The notes under the pieces: model-generated
Told to the model about the DNA's origin: nothing
Databases searched by the model: none
Seen by the model: only the letters and a program-made list of their open reading frames with translations
Shown here: positions 1 through 9,407 of the stretch, in pieces
Numbering within the stretch: position 1 is the stretch's first letter
How the letters are laid out: every line of letters begins with the position of its first letter
Position numbers and translations under genes: made by a program
Virus record (IMG/VR): IMGVR_UViG_3300025647_000037
Span: 1-60,395 of that record
Strand: one strand, 5' to 3'
Source: a virus
Lineage: Duplodnaviria; Caudoviricetes
Length of the DNA stretch: 60,395 nt

Positions 1-2
1 AT

Positions 3-974
3 ATTGTTTCTATTGGGGCAAAGACATACCTTAAGAACGAAAGGGAGAGCCTTAAGGGAGATCCTTCGGAACTTAACGAAGTAACGAGGCAGTTTCCGTT
101 CAGCACCGACGAGGCGTTCAGGGATAGCATCGACGGTAGCCTGTTCAACATCGGCCAGATCTACGAGCAGATACAGTACAATGACGACCTGTTCCCCAAC
201 CCTGTCGTCAGGGGTAACTTCGTCTGGAAAAACGGTGAGCAGGACACAGAGGTTCTCTTCGATCCAGACCCTAACGGTAGGTTCAGGGTTGCATGGATGC
301 CACCATCTGAGCTGAGAAACAGAAAGCTAGAGGAAAGAGGGAAGAGAATAGCACCGAATGCAGAGCTGGGGGTAGGCGGGGTTGACTCCTACGACCTTGA
401 CGCCACCGTCGACGGACGAGGGTCTAAGGGAGCGCTACACCTGTACAACAAGTTTCACATGGAGCATCCATCGAACATGTTCGTCGTGGAGTACGCATCC
501 CGCCCGCCTCTAGCCAAGATATTCTATGAAGACGTCCTCAAGGCTGCCTTCTTCTATGGGTACCCTATCTTAATTGAAAACAATAAGTACGGCATCGCAA
601 GATACTTTGAATCAAGAGGTTACGACGGATACTTAATGGATAGGCCAGATCACTTGACGAGCGGTGGCAGTGCGAAGACTAAGACGAAGGGGATACCGTC
701 AAACTCTCAGGATGTGATTCAATCTCACGCTCACGCTATCGAAGCTTACATACACGATCACGTGGGCATCAACAGGGAGACTGGTGAGCACGGGAAGATG
801 TATTTCAACAACACACTTGAGGACTGGATAGGCTACAAGATCGACAACAGGACGAAGTTTGACCTGACCATCAGCTCTGGCTTAGCTCTACTTGCTGCTC
901 AGAAAGCAAAGCCCAAGATTGAACTGGCTGACTTCTCAGACAAGGTGTTCCTTAGGAGATACAAGCGAAGATAG
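3..974 (+). CDS. terL: Terminase large subunit, C-terminal nuclease part (5' truncated by window)
   Basis: Frame is open from position 3 (IVSIGAKTYLKNERE...RQFPFSTDEAFRDS) into the listed 297 ORF; RNase H-like GGVDSYD and IENN motifs; directly upstream of portal. Confidence 0.9.
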   Translation: MVSIGAKTYLKNERESLKGDPSELNEVTRQFPFSTDEAFRDSIDGSLFNIGQIYEQIQYNDDLFPNPVVRGNFVWKNGEQDTEVLFDPDPNGRFRVAWMPPSELRNRKLEERGKRIAPNAELGVGGVDSYDLDATVDGRGSKGALHLYNKFHMEHPSNMFVVEYASRPPLAKIFYEDVLKAAFFYGYPILIENNKYGIARYFESRGYDGYLMDRPDHLTSGGSAKTKTKGIPSNSQDVIQSHAHAIEAYIHDHVGINRETGEHGKMYFNNTLEDWIGYKIDNRTKFDLTISSGLALLAAQKAKPKIELADFSDKVFLRRYKRR

Positions 975-983
975 GATTTCCAT

Positions 984-991
984 TATATTTG
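984..991 (+). promoter_or_regulatory. Bacteroidota -7 promoter box TATATTTG upstream of portal
   Basis: Exact TAnnTTTG in the intergenic gap; same TATATTTGCAA at 7957 and 28118. Confidence 0.7.
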
Positions 992-1020
992 CAACTGCAT
1001 GCAATTCATGACTTCGCGGA

Positions 1021-3432
1021 ATGTACAATAACAACAAGCGGTATTCGAAGAACTTCCCCGATCCCCTAGCGTCAAGGGAGACGAAGATGTCCAATGACTA
1101 CGGGATGAAGTACGCGAAGGCTATTGAGAATCAATGGGGAAAGATCCAGGACGAGCAGTCGCTGTACAAGAAGAGAGCTAGGAACTTTGAGAGGAACAGG
1201 GACTATGCCAACGGAGTCCAGGACACGAACATCTACAAGCAGATTCTTACGTCCCTCGATCCCAACAACGGTGACGGGTCGTTGGTGAACTTGGACTACA
1301 CCCCAGTTCCAATCCTTCCTAAGTTCGCTCGCATCGTGGTGAACAAGATCCTGTCGAGATCCCCATACCCCAACCTTGAGGCCATCGATCCAATCTCCAC
1401 GTCTGCCAAGAACGCGCAGAAGCAGAGGATCATGAACCAGGTTCAGCTCAAGGAGCAACTCAAGCAGGTGAAGGACATGACTGGTGGCCTTGTTCTCGAT
1501 CAGGATCCAGACAGTCTTCCAGACTCCGTAGAGGAGGCGGAAATTTTCCTGGACACGAACATCAAGACTGATGCCGAGGTAGCTGGACAGATCGCTACGA
1601 ACCTCACCCTTGAGTGGAACGACTTTTCTGACAACATCTACAGAAGATGCATTCAGGATTTGGTTTCATGTGGCATGGCTGTTGTCAAGAGGGATAACGA
1701 TCCAAACTACGGTATCAAGACCTCTTACGTCGACCCAGTGAAGTTCATTCACAGCTCCACTGACGATCCAAACTTCTCTGACCTTGTGTACGCAGGTCAC
1801 ATCAGAACGATCTCCATTCAGGAGCTGAAGAGAATTGCAGGCGACGAGCTCGACGAGGATCAGTACAAGAAGATTGCTGAGAAGTCAAAGAGCCACAACA
1901 GTGACTACAACAAGATGAACCAGGTGTACTATGATGATACGCTTGGTAGAAACGTGTACGGGTATGAGGAGTACATGGTTGACGTACTTGACTTTGAGTT
2001 CATCTCTGTGGATTGCATGTACTTCGAAGAGAAGGAGAACCAGTACGGTAACACTGGATTTTTCTACGAAGGGTTTGAGTACAAGGAGAAGTCTGGCAAG
2101 GGCGTGTACGAGAGAACGCCACACAAGATGGAGATCAGCTCCGTCTACGGCGGTATGCTCATCCTCGACTGCGACTACCTGATTAACTACGGGCTCAAGA
2201 GCAACGTGCCTCGCAACATGCACGACGTGACGAGAGCTCGCATGTCTTACTCTGTCGTTGCCACGAACCTCCGCGACTCTATGCCAAAGAGCATGGTGGA
2301 GAGCTGCATTGGTTTTGCAGATATGTTGCAGATCACGCATCTCAAGATCCAGCAATCCATCGCCAAGGCTAAGCCAGACGGGTTGATCATCGACATCGAA
2401 GGCCTTGAGAACGTTCAGCTCGGAAAGGGTGGAGAGCTTCAACCGCTTGAGCTCCACGACATCTACGAGCAGACAGGTGTGTTCTACTACAGAAGCAAGA
2501 ATGCTGAGGGTGGATTCCAAGGGGCTCCGATACAACAGATTCCTAACAGCATCAGGAACATCAACGAGCTCATCACTCTTTACAACCACTACCTCGGCAT
2601 GATCCGTGACACCACGGGTATCAACGAGATGATGGATGCATCCACTCCTAAGGGTGACACATTGGTGGGGGTTCAGCAGCAGGCTATTGCCGCAGGCAAC
2701 AACGCCACCTACGACATCACAAACGCCTCGACGATACTGTTCAAGCAGGTGTGTCAGGACATCGTCAGATGTCTTCAAATCATTCCGCCAGACTCTCTCC
2801 TCATGGAGATCTACAAGAACGCCATCGGCAGAGAGAACATGGACGCGCTGTCTAGTTTCTCAGATCTTCCTATGTACAACTTCGGTGTCATCATCAAGAA
2901 GGACATGGAGGATCAGGAGAAGGTCTATCTTGAACAGAACATACAGCAGTCCTTGGCCCAGAGAGAGATTGATCTTGAGGATGCCATGGCGATCAGATCT
3001 CTGAAGGATATCAACCAGGCAGAGAGACTCCTGATCGTCAGGAGAAAGAAGCGCATGAAGGAGCAGCAGGAGGCTGCTCAGCAGAACTCTCAGATGCAAG
3101 CTCAGCAAGCACAGCAGGCTCAGCAGGCAGCTTCACAGGCCGAGCAGCAGAGGATGCAGCTTGAGTTCCAGATAGAGCAGCAGAAGATGCAGATGAAGAC
3201 TCAGATGGAGATTCAGCTTGAGGAGGTTAGACATCAATACAGAAAAGAGATCGAGCTTATCAGAGCTCAGGCCACGCTTGGATTCAAGACCGATGATCAG
3301 GACTTCAGGGAGAAGCTTGAGGTGTTCAAGGAGACCAAGAAGGATGACAGGGTGAAGAAGCAGGCCGAAGAGCAAGCCAAACTAATCGACAAGAGAAAGG
3401 GTAAGCAACCATTTGATATATCAATAATCTAA
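1021..3432 (+). CDS. Portal protein
   Basis: 803 aa after terminase; FPDPLA N-terminus, PVPILPKF, DTTGINE, Gln-rich coiled-coil C-terminus typical of Bacteroidota podophage portals. Confidence 0.88.
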   Translation: MYNNNKRYSKNFPDPLASRETKMSNDYGMKYAKAIENQWGKIQDEQSLYKKRARNFERNRDYANGVQDTNIYKQILTSLDPNNGDGSLVNLDYTPVPILPKFARIVVNKILSRSPYPNLEAIDPISTSAKNAQKQRIMNQVQLKEQLKQVKDMTGGLVLDQDPDSLPDSVEEAEIFLDTNIKTDAEVAGQIATNLTLEWNDFSDNIYRRCIQDLVSCGMAVVKRDNDPNYGIKTSYVDPVKFIHSSTDDPNFSDLVYAGHIRTISIQELKRIAGDELDEDQYKKIAEKSKSHNSDYNKMNQVYYDDTLGRNVYGYEEYMVDVLDFEFISVDCMYFEEKENQYGNTGFFYEGFEYKEKSGKGVYERTPHKMEISSVYGGMLILDCDYLINYGLKSNVPRNMHDVTRARMSYSVVATNLRDSMPKSMVESCIGFADMLQITHLKIQQSIAKAKPDGLIIDIEGLENVQLGKGGELQPLELHDIYEQTGVFYYRSKNAEGGFQGAPIQQIPNSIRNINELITLYNHYLGMIRDTTGINEMMDASTPKGDTLVGVQQQAIAAGNNATYDITNASTILFKQVCQDIVRCLQIIPPDSLLMEIYKNAIGRENMDALSSFSDLPMYNFGVIIKKDMEDQEKVYLEQNIQQSLAQREIDLEDAMAIRSLKDINQAERLLIVRRKKRMKEQQEAAQQNSQMQAQQAQQAQQAASQAEQQRMQLEFQIEQQKMQMKTQMEIQLEEVRHQYRKEIELIRAQATLGFKTDDQDFREKLEVFKETKKDDRVKKQAEEQAKLIDKRKGKQPFDISII

Positions 3433-3433
3433 C

Positions 3434-3901
3434 ATGGCGAAGAGAGTAAACCTAGATGTAAGCGAGAGACTTGACATCACGTGCAAGAAGGGTGACACCT
3501 TCTCGCTCACCGTCACGCTTAAGGATTCTAATGGCGACCCATTGCCTCTGGCTACTGACAAGTATAGCTTCGTCATGCAGGTTAGAGCTGACGCTAAGTC
3601 AGCTGTTAACAAGGGTTCTTCTGGGTTGGTCATAGGGTCACCAAGCATTGGAAGCAAGGCTGTTGATGAGAAGGGAGAGGAGGTAAGCTTTGAGCCGTTC
3701 GTAACCGACGATCTAGGAAACGTGACGATCACTGCTACCGCCGCTACGATGAGAAGAGTTCCTTCTGGATCTTACCTCTACGACCTGCAGCAGATCAAGC
3801 CAAACACAACGACTGGTGTTGATGAGCACAAGACGATTATTGATGGATCGTTTGTGGTCAACCAGGATATATCTGAAGCCACTCTGACCGAATCACGATG
3901 A
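3434..3901 (+). CDS. Fibre-adaptor / BppU-N-like beta protein
   Basis: DITCKKGDTFSLTVTLKD...GSYLYDLQ pattern; precedes fibre gene with ATGA overlap. Confidence 0.6.
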   Translation: MAKRVNLDVSERLDITCKKGDTFSLTVTLKDSNGDPLPLATDKYSFVMQVRADAKSAVNKGSSGLVIGSPSIGSKAVDEKGEEVSFEPFVTDDLGNVTITATAATMRRVPSGSYLYDLQQIKPNTTTGVDEHKTIIDGSFVVNQDISEATLTESR

Positions 3902-5889
3902 GCGATATCACAGTAACAGTACAGGATGGGGTTACTGTTGATGTCACTGTTGTCGACGGAAACTCTGTGACAGTTGAGTCACCAGCTTCCTCTTCCATAA
4001 CCGTAACAAACAAAGGCCCTAAGGGAGACACTGGTCTAACTGGCGCTACTGGCGCTACTGGTCCAGCTGGAGCTGACGGTGAGGGTGTAATTGCTGGTGG
4101 CACTGAGGATCAGTTTCTTCAGAAGAATAGTGCAACTGACTACGACACGAAGTGGAGTGCATATACATTGCCAGCTGCTGACGGAGACGAAGGGCAAGTG
4201 CTTACAACTGATGGGGCTGGGGTCGTTACATTTGCATACCCTCAGACGATCTCTGAAAACGTAAAGAACGTAAGTGGTGGGATCCTATACAAGGGAACAC
4301 CTGTTCACGTCACTGGCTCTGTTGGGAACCAAGCCGAAGTTATCGCGGCTGATGCAGCCACTAACTACCCAGCCCACTTCGTGCTCGATCAGGATCTTGC
4401 CGATGAAGGAGAGGGTCAGGGTATTGCTCTTGGGTTTATCAACAACGTAGATGTCCCTGATGCTTCTATATACTCAGAAGGCCAGACTGTTTACCTAGGC
4501 GCCTCTGGTGGATGGGTTACGACAAAGCCTACTGGAACGAATGCCATACAGAACCTTGGGATTATCATCAAGGTCAATGTAAGCGGCAACAAGATCTCTG
4601 GTATCGTCATGGGTGCTGGGAGAGCGAACGACGTCCCCAACATCCCTAACGGTCAGACCTGGATCGGAAACGCTTCGGGGGTTGCGACGCCTACTGCACT
4701 GGCTACAGTAGCTACAACAGGTGCATACTCTGATTTGAGCGGCACCCCAACCATTCCGTCTGGCAATCTTGTAGATGATACAACACCACAACTTGGGGGT
4801 GACCTTGATGTCAACGGAAACAAGATTACGTCTGCTTCTAACGGAGATATTACCATTGACCCTGACGGTACTGGAGCTATCATATTTAAGTCAGACGACA
4901 TCCAGTTCGACGGTGCAGGCGGCCTAGGTGTTGGGAAGATAAAGCTTTATGAAACTGACATACTAGGTAGCAACTTCATTGCGCTATCGGCTCCACTCAG
5001 CGTGACATCTGACGTTACGCTCACCCTTCCAGACGGAGATGGAACAAGTGGTCAAGCCCTGACAACAAACGGAGCTGGGACTCTGTCATGGGGGACTGTA
5101 CTTGACGGGAACTCGGATACACTCAACGGAGTTACATCGTTTAGACCGCAAGGAGCCACTGCTGCTCAGCTGGCCATCTATGACAACGATGAGAGCAACT
5201 ATGTAATCCTCAGGGCTCCTGCTAACCTGACGTCAAATACCACTTACTACCTCCCTGCTATTGACGGGAGTTCTGGACAAGTTCTTCAGACAAACGGTAG
5301 TGGCAGCACGAGCTGGACTAGCGTCGGCACTGTAGACACTAGCGGAACCCCCGCCGTTCAACAGCTAGCGGTTTTTACGGACTCAGACACTGTTGAGGGT
5401 GACGCGAATCTTACCTGGACTGGAATCAAGCTAGTACTTAGAGGTACGCTAGATGCAGACAGAATAACTAGCAGCGCAAAGACTTCCTTGGCCAGTGCAG
5501 GGAATTATGCAGTTGGCTCAGAAATACTCGGCACGGTATATTCTTCTTCCGCCCTTACAGGCGATGCTGGGGAGGTTCACTACTTGGGTAGCGCTACCTC
5601 TGTGGCGGCCAACGCATCGACCGAAGCCAGCGGCTCTGGTATGCTCGTTGTGGTAACTGACGCGGAGGACAGAGACGAACTTCTCACAAGAGGAGTGGTG
5701 AGAGTATCGACTACGCTCACGTCAGCCTCTATTGGTGACATAGTGTACCTGGATACCACTGCAGGAGCGGTTACGACAACGGCACCTACAGGGAGCGGAA
5801 ATGTCGTCAGGGTTGTGGGTCACGTAGTAAAGCCATCGGCAAACATGATTTACTTCAACCCATCATCTGATTGGATTGTTGTGGCATGA
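3898..5889 (+). CDS. Tail/capsid fibre protein with short collagen-like segment
   Basis: GPKGDTGLTGATGATGPAGADG; three LP..DG..GQ.L.T.G.G fibre repeats; DTTPQLGGDLDVNG motif; Gly/Thr/Ser rich. Confidence 0.75.
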   Translation: MSDITVTVQDGVTVDVTVVDGNSVTVESPASSSITVTNKGPKGDTGLTGATGATGPAGADGEGVIAGGTEDQFLQKNSATDYDTKWSAYTLPAADGDEGQVLTTDGAGVVTFAYPQTISENVKNVSGGILYKGTPVHVTGSVGNQAEVIAADAATNYPAHFVLDQDLADEGEGQGIALGFINNVDVPDASIYSEGQTVYLGASGGWVTTKPTGTNAIQNLGIIIKVNVSGNKISGIVMGAGRANDVPNIPNGQTWIGNASGVATPTALATVATTGAYSDLSGTPTIPSGNLVDDTTPQLGGDLDVNGNKITSASNGDITIDPDGTGAIIFKSDDIQFDGAGGLGVGKIKLYETDILGSNFIALSAPLSVTSDVTLTLPDGDGTSGQALTTNGAGTLSWGTVLDGNSDTLNGVTSFRPQGATAAQLAIYDNDESNYVILRAPANLTSNTTYYLPAIDGSSGQVLQTNGSGSTSWTSVGTVDTSGTPAVQQLAVFTDSDTVEGDANLTWTGIKLVLRGTLDADRITSSAKTSLASAGNYAVGSEILGTVYSSSALTGDAGEVHYLGSATSVAANASTEASGSGMLVVVTDAEDRDELLTRGVVRVSTTLTSASIGDIVYLDTTAGAVTTTAPTGSGNVVRVVGHVVKPSANMIYFNPSSDWIVVA

Positions 5890-6842
5890 GCATAGACAAA
5901 GTAACTGGAGTTTCTTGGTCGTCTATCAACAAGGTTGACGGAGTTGCTGTTGCAAACATCTCTAAGGTCGCAGGCGTTGATGTGCCAGTAGACTACTTCC
6001 TTGACACCCATGCGGGCGCTGTTGCAGCCTACAGCTTGAGAAAGCTTTCCTCTACAGCCACTACAGCCATCACCGTAGAGAACTCGTCTGGTACGACAGC
6101 TGACATAGGCTTTGATTCTAACGGCGACCTCGATACATCTGCACTCACGACTCACTGCGGTAGCAACTACGGGAGGGTGAGCAAGTGGTGGGACCAAAGC
6201 GGAAACGGGAACCACATGGAGCAGACAACGGCTGCCTCTAGACCATACATAGTCGACGCTTCAGGTAACCTCATCACCACAACCACAAACTCCATCCCAG
6301 CTCTAGACTTTTATTTCAGCTCTACAGCTAGGTGGCTAGAGGATACGTTCGTTTCTAACAACGGAGACCACTTCCTGATATCATATCTAGGTGAGTTTAG
6401 AACCGTTACTACAGGACAGATGATAGTTAGTCAGTGGACAGCGAGCACCTCGACTCAATGTTTTCAAGTAACCATATTGGGAGCATCTCAATTGCTTAGG
6501 GCGGCTGGGAGATATAATGACGCTTCAAAGTCTCTTGGCAGGGCGGACACCTCCTTCACCGTCTCTACAAACACAGAGTACATTGTAACTAACTATATGT
6601 CGGCATCACCATACACGGGAGATATTGATGTAAATGGCGACACTGCTAACAGCCTAACTGGTTTCCCAGCTACTGGGTCCTTAAACAACGGGAATCTTAA
6701 GGCGGCTATCGGGAGAAGGTCTGACAATGGGGCTGCTCAATACCAAGGCTTCTTGTCTGAAGCAATCATATGGTCTGACACAACACTTCCAGATAGGGAT
6801 GATGTCATGACTGACACCAATACATACTACTCTGTTTTCTGA
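5886..6842 (+). CDS. Virion protein with concanavalin/LamG-like domain
   Basis: Start re-set to ATG 5886 (ATGA overlap); AAYSLRKL, WWDQSGNGNH, YQGFLSEAIIW motifs. Confidence 0.65.
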   Translation: MSIDKVTGVSWSSINKVDGVAVANISKVAGVDVPVDYFLDTHAGAVAAYSLRKLSSTATTAITVENSSGTTADIGFDSNGDLDTSALTTHCGSNYGRVSKWWDQSGNGNHMEQTTAASRPYIVDASGNLITTTTNSIPALDFYFSSTARWLEDTFVSNNGDHFLISYLGEFRTVTTGQMIVSQWTASTSTQCFQVTILGASQLLRAAGRYNDASKSLGRADTSFTVSTNTEYIVTNYMSASPYTGDIDVNGDTANSLTGFPATGSLNNGNLKAAIGRRSDNGAAQYQGFLSEAIIWSDTTLPDRDDVMTDTNTYYSVF

Positions 6843-7066
6843 TGGCAAAGACAGCAACGGATACAGGCAACAAGATTGCTGCTGGGTATGTGGTAAGGAT
6901 AGACAGCATCGAAGAGTACTTCGAAACTGAGGCTGGAGCTCTTGCTTGGGCTAAGGCTGGTAACATCCCGTCTGTTTCTTTCTACACAGACCCTACCATT
7001 TCCGATGAAGCAAAGCTCGACGACTTGACCTATGGGAACCTAATGGAGTATTCGTCAAATCTTTGA
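6842..7066 (+). CDS. Hypothetical protein
   Basis: Coupled ORF (TGATG overlap), 74 aa. Confidence 0.6.
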   Translation: MAKTATDTGNKIAAGYVVRIDSIEEYFETEAGALAWAKAGNIPSVSFYTDPTISDEAKLDDLTYGNLMEYSSNL

Positions 7067-7078
7067 TAACTTTACAGC

Positions 7079-7348
7079 ATGGCATCAGACGGAAGACTAA
7101 AGGGATTGCTCAAGAGAGCTGGAGTAAGTGGCGTGAACAAGGCCAAGCGAACTCCCAACCACCCAAAGAAGTCGCACGTAGTTGTGGCAAAGAAGGGCGA
7201 TAAGTTTAAGCTTATCAGGTTCGGAGAGCAGGGGGCTAAAACCAATCAGAGCGCAAAGCAGCGCAAGGCTTTCAAGAGTCGCCATGCAAAGAACATAGCC
7301 AGAGGAATCTTCAGCGCAGCGTATTGGGCGAACAAAGTTAAGTGGTGA
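7079..7348 (+). CDS. Small basic phage protein
   Basis: NKAKRTPNHPKKSHVV...KLIRFGEQG...FKSRHAKNI...SAAYWANKVKW, a motif pattern widespread in aquatic phages. Confidence 0.8.
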   Translation: MASDGRLKGLLKRAGVSGVNKAKRTPNHPKKSHVVVAKKGDKFKLIRFGEQGAKTNQSAKQRKAFKSRHAKNIARGIFSAAYWANKVKW

Positions 7349-7533
7349 TGAATGCTGTCAAGAAGAACAAAGGCGGTAAGCTGAACATCTCACAGAAGTC
7401 TGTGGAGGTAGCGCCTCCTGAAGGATACCACTGGATGGAGGATAGGGGCAGGTACTTCCTTATGAAGGGGGAGTACAAGCCTCACCCTGGTGCTGTAGCT
7501 AAGGCTAAGTTTAAGCAAGTCAGTCATGCCTAA
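7348..7533 (+). CDS. Small basic protein (KNKGG motif)
   Basis: ATG 7348 overlaps previous TGA; APPEGYHWM...YKPHPGA. Confidence 0.7.
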   Translation: MNAVKKNKGGKLNISQKSVEVAPPEGYHWMEDRGRYFLMKGEYKPHPGAVAKAKFKQVSHA

Positions 7534-7699
7534 GGTTGTGAAGAAATACAAGAAGGGCGGGTCTGTAAAGGATGCTTGCTACACCAAGGTTAAATCTCGA
7601 TACAAGATCTGGCCATCGGCGTACGCTTCTGGAGCTCTGGCTAAGTGCCGTAAGGTTGGTGCAAAAAACTGGGGAAGTGGGAAGAGTAAGAAAGACTAA
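7526..7699 (+). CDS. Small basic protein, 57 aa, absent from ORF track
   Basis: MPKVVKKYKKGGSVKDACYTKVKSRYKIWPSAYASGALAKCRKVGAKNWGSGKSKKD; DACY.KVK.RY..WPSAYASGAL.KCR is a recognisable phage family motif. Confidence 0.85.
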   Translation: MPKVVKKYKKGGSVKDACYTKVKSRYKIWPSAYASGALAKCRKVGAKNWGSGKSKKD

Positions 7700-7952
7700 G
7701 GCAGGCCTCAACCTGAAGCGATGGTTCAAGGAGAAGTGGACTGACGAGAAGGGTAACGAGTGCGGAAGTTCAGACAACAAGGGGGTTAAGAAGTGCAGGC
7801 CCTCAAGGAAGGTCTCTGGCAAAACTCCGAAGACGTGGTCTCAGCTAGGTCCTTCGGGTAGGAGAAGAGTCGTTCGTGAGAAGAGAAGAGTCGGGATGGG
7901 GAGAAATGCTCCACGAGCTGCCAACGGGATGAAAGTTGTAAAGACCCAATAA
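7677..7952 (+). CDS. Small basic protein (LKRWFKEKW...CRP, DUF5872-like)
   Basis: Likely GTG start at 7677 in frame with the listed 7572 ORF; LKRWFKEKW..ECG..KCRP..KTPKT motif. Confidence 0.7.
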   Translation: MGRVRKTKAGLNLKRWFKEKWTDEKGNECGSSDNKGVKKCRPSRKVSGKTPKTWSQLGPSGRRRVVREKRRVGMGRNAPRAANGMKVVKTQ

Positions 7953-7956
7953 TTGC

Positions 7957-7964
7957 TATATTTG
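7957..7964 (+). promoter_or_regulatory. -7 promoter box TATATTTG for the head operon
   Basis: Exact TAnnTTTG in intergenic gap. Confidence 0.7.
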
Positions 7965-7993
7965 CAACAAACTTTTCAAGATACAACTAAGCA

Positions 7994-8455
7994 ATGGCAA
8001 CTACAAACGCAACTATTACGCTATCTAGCTCAGACCTGACTGGTGATGCTTTGGCGCTCTCAACGTCGTCAACACTGACCAAGGGAGGCACCGTCACTGG
8101 ACTTGACCAGACTACTGGTGTGGCTAGAAAAACCTTTACGTCTCAAAATGAGGTCATCATCTTTGACGCAGCTGAATACAACGCTGGCGGTACCGCCGTC
8201 ACTAATCCAGGATTCAAGGTTTACTTGAGAAACCCAAGCACTGTGGCTACCGAGTACTTCACCATCAAGATTGCAGACGGATCTGGAATCACAGGCTCTC
8301 CAGCTGCGAGTGTGGCGGGTGAGAACATGGGTAGGCTCTACGCTGGAGACTGGACCTTCTTTCCTTGGGACGCTTCGGCCGACGCTGACATTACCGTCTC
8401 TCCAAGTGTGGCGACTGCCATGACCTTGGAGTACATGATCATCTACCACGTATAA
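7994..8455 (+). CDS. Small beta-rich structural protein
   Basis: Thr/Ser/Ala-rich, VYLRNP motif, in head operon. Confidence 0.6.
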   Translation: MATTNATITLSSSDLTGDALALSTSSTLTKGGTVTGLDQTTGVARKTFTSQNEVIIFDAAEYNAGGTAVTNPGFKVYLRNPSTVATEYFTIKIADGSGITGSPAASVAGENMGRLYAGDWTFFPWDASADADITVSPSVATAMTLEYMIIYHV

Positions 8456-8862
8456 TGGGTACAGTTAGAGTAGGCGTAACGATAGGCACGGACAACGTGC
8501 TAACAACCCCTGTGACCATATCGTCAGGTAAGTCGTTTACCGCTGACTCTGGCAGTGTCACTAGGGTGAAGCTCGCTCCCGTTGCTACCGATCCATCCAA
8601 CCCCATCATCTACAAGGCCACTGACAAGCTGGATAGAACATACCTGTACGTCAGAAACCTTGCCACTGAACTTGAAAAGTTTGTTTACCTGTGGGTCGAT
8701 GGGAGTTCTGAGGACATTGTGATAGCAAAGCTTGGGGGAGGGGAGTTCACATTCATCCCAGTTCCAAGCGACAAAACATTCAGGGCCTACGGAACGGATG
8801 TCGATCAGCTGATCGAGTACGCTGTCTTTGGGCTCGACAACTCATCTACAACACTAGGATAA
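8455..8862 (+). CDS. Small beta-rich structural protein (paralog-like of 7994)
   Basis: LYVRNL...KLGGGEFTFIP...IEYAVF resembles VYLRNP...RLYAGDWTFFP...LEYMII. Confidence 0.6.
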   Translation: MGTVRVGVTIGTDNVLTTPVTISSGKSFTADSGSVTRVKLAPVATDPSNPIIYKATDKLDRTYLYVRNLATELEKFVYLWVDGSSEDIVIAKLGGGEFTFIPVPSDKTFRAYGTDVDQLIEYAVFGLDNSSTTLG

Positions 8863-9392
8863 TGGCATACGATATTATAGAGGTAACAGTTGCCGTTGAC
8901 GGCGACGCTGCTTATGCTCCCAACGACGTTCTTTTTCAAATGACAGAGGTACCCTTGCCAGCCAGATCCTGCAAGATTGTAGACGCATATTTTGAAGGGG
9001 CAGCAACAGGAGTGGCAAACCACCTCATTTCTCTGCTTTTCTTTAAGTCGAACGCAGGTGGTGAGCTTGGGTCGCTGAACTCCGCAGCCAACATAACCGC
9101 TGCCAACTTTGCTCTAAACAAGTTTATTGGGTCTACTCAGCTTTTGAACGACGACAACGCGAATCTCAACGATGTAGTGCCAACGATGCTTATTGCAAGA
9201 AGAATCAATGGAGTTGCAGGTGATACTGGCGGAAACTACGGAGGTGGTACTAGTAACATGGTTCTAAAAGGAGATGTCGATTACAACGGATCTACTCAGC
9301 ACGGAGTGTACATGTCTGGTCTAAACGTAGTAGGCGTTCCAGATTTTGTCTCTGACAAGGACTGCAAGGTTATCCTTCACGTAGAATACTAA
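8862..9392 (+). CDS. Hypothetical structural protein
   Basis: Coupled ORF, AYAPNDVLF motif, 176 aa. Confidence 0.55.
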   Translation: MAYDIIEVTVAVDGDAAYAPNDVLFQMTEVPLPARSCKIVDAYFEGAATGVANHLISLLFFKSNAGGELGSLNSAANITAANFALNKFIGSTQLLNDDNANLNDVVPTMLIARRINGVAGDTGGNYGGGTSNMVLKGDVDYNGSTQHGVYMSGLNVVGVPDFVSDKDCKVILHVEY

Positions 9393-9407
9393 TAGAAAAC
9401 AAATACA

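Noticed and set aside
3061-3200. CAG-rich repeats in the portal gene
   Set aside because: Ordinary Gln-rich coiled-coil coding sequence
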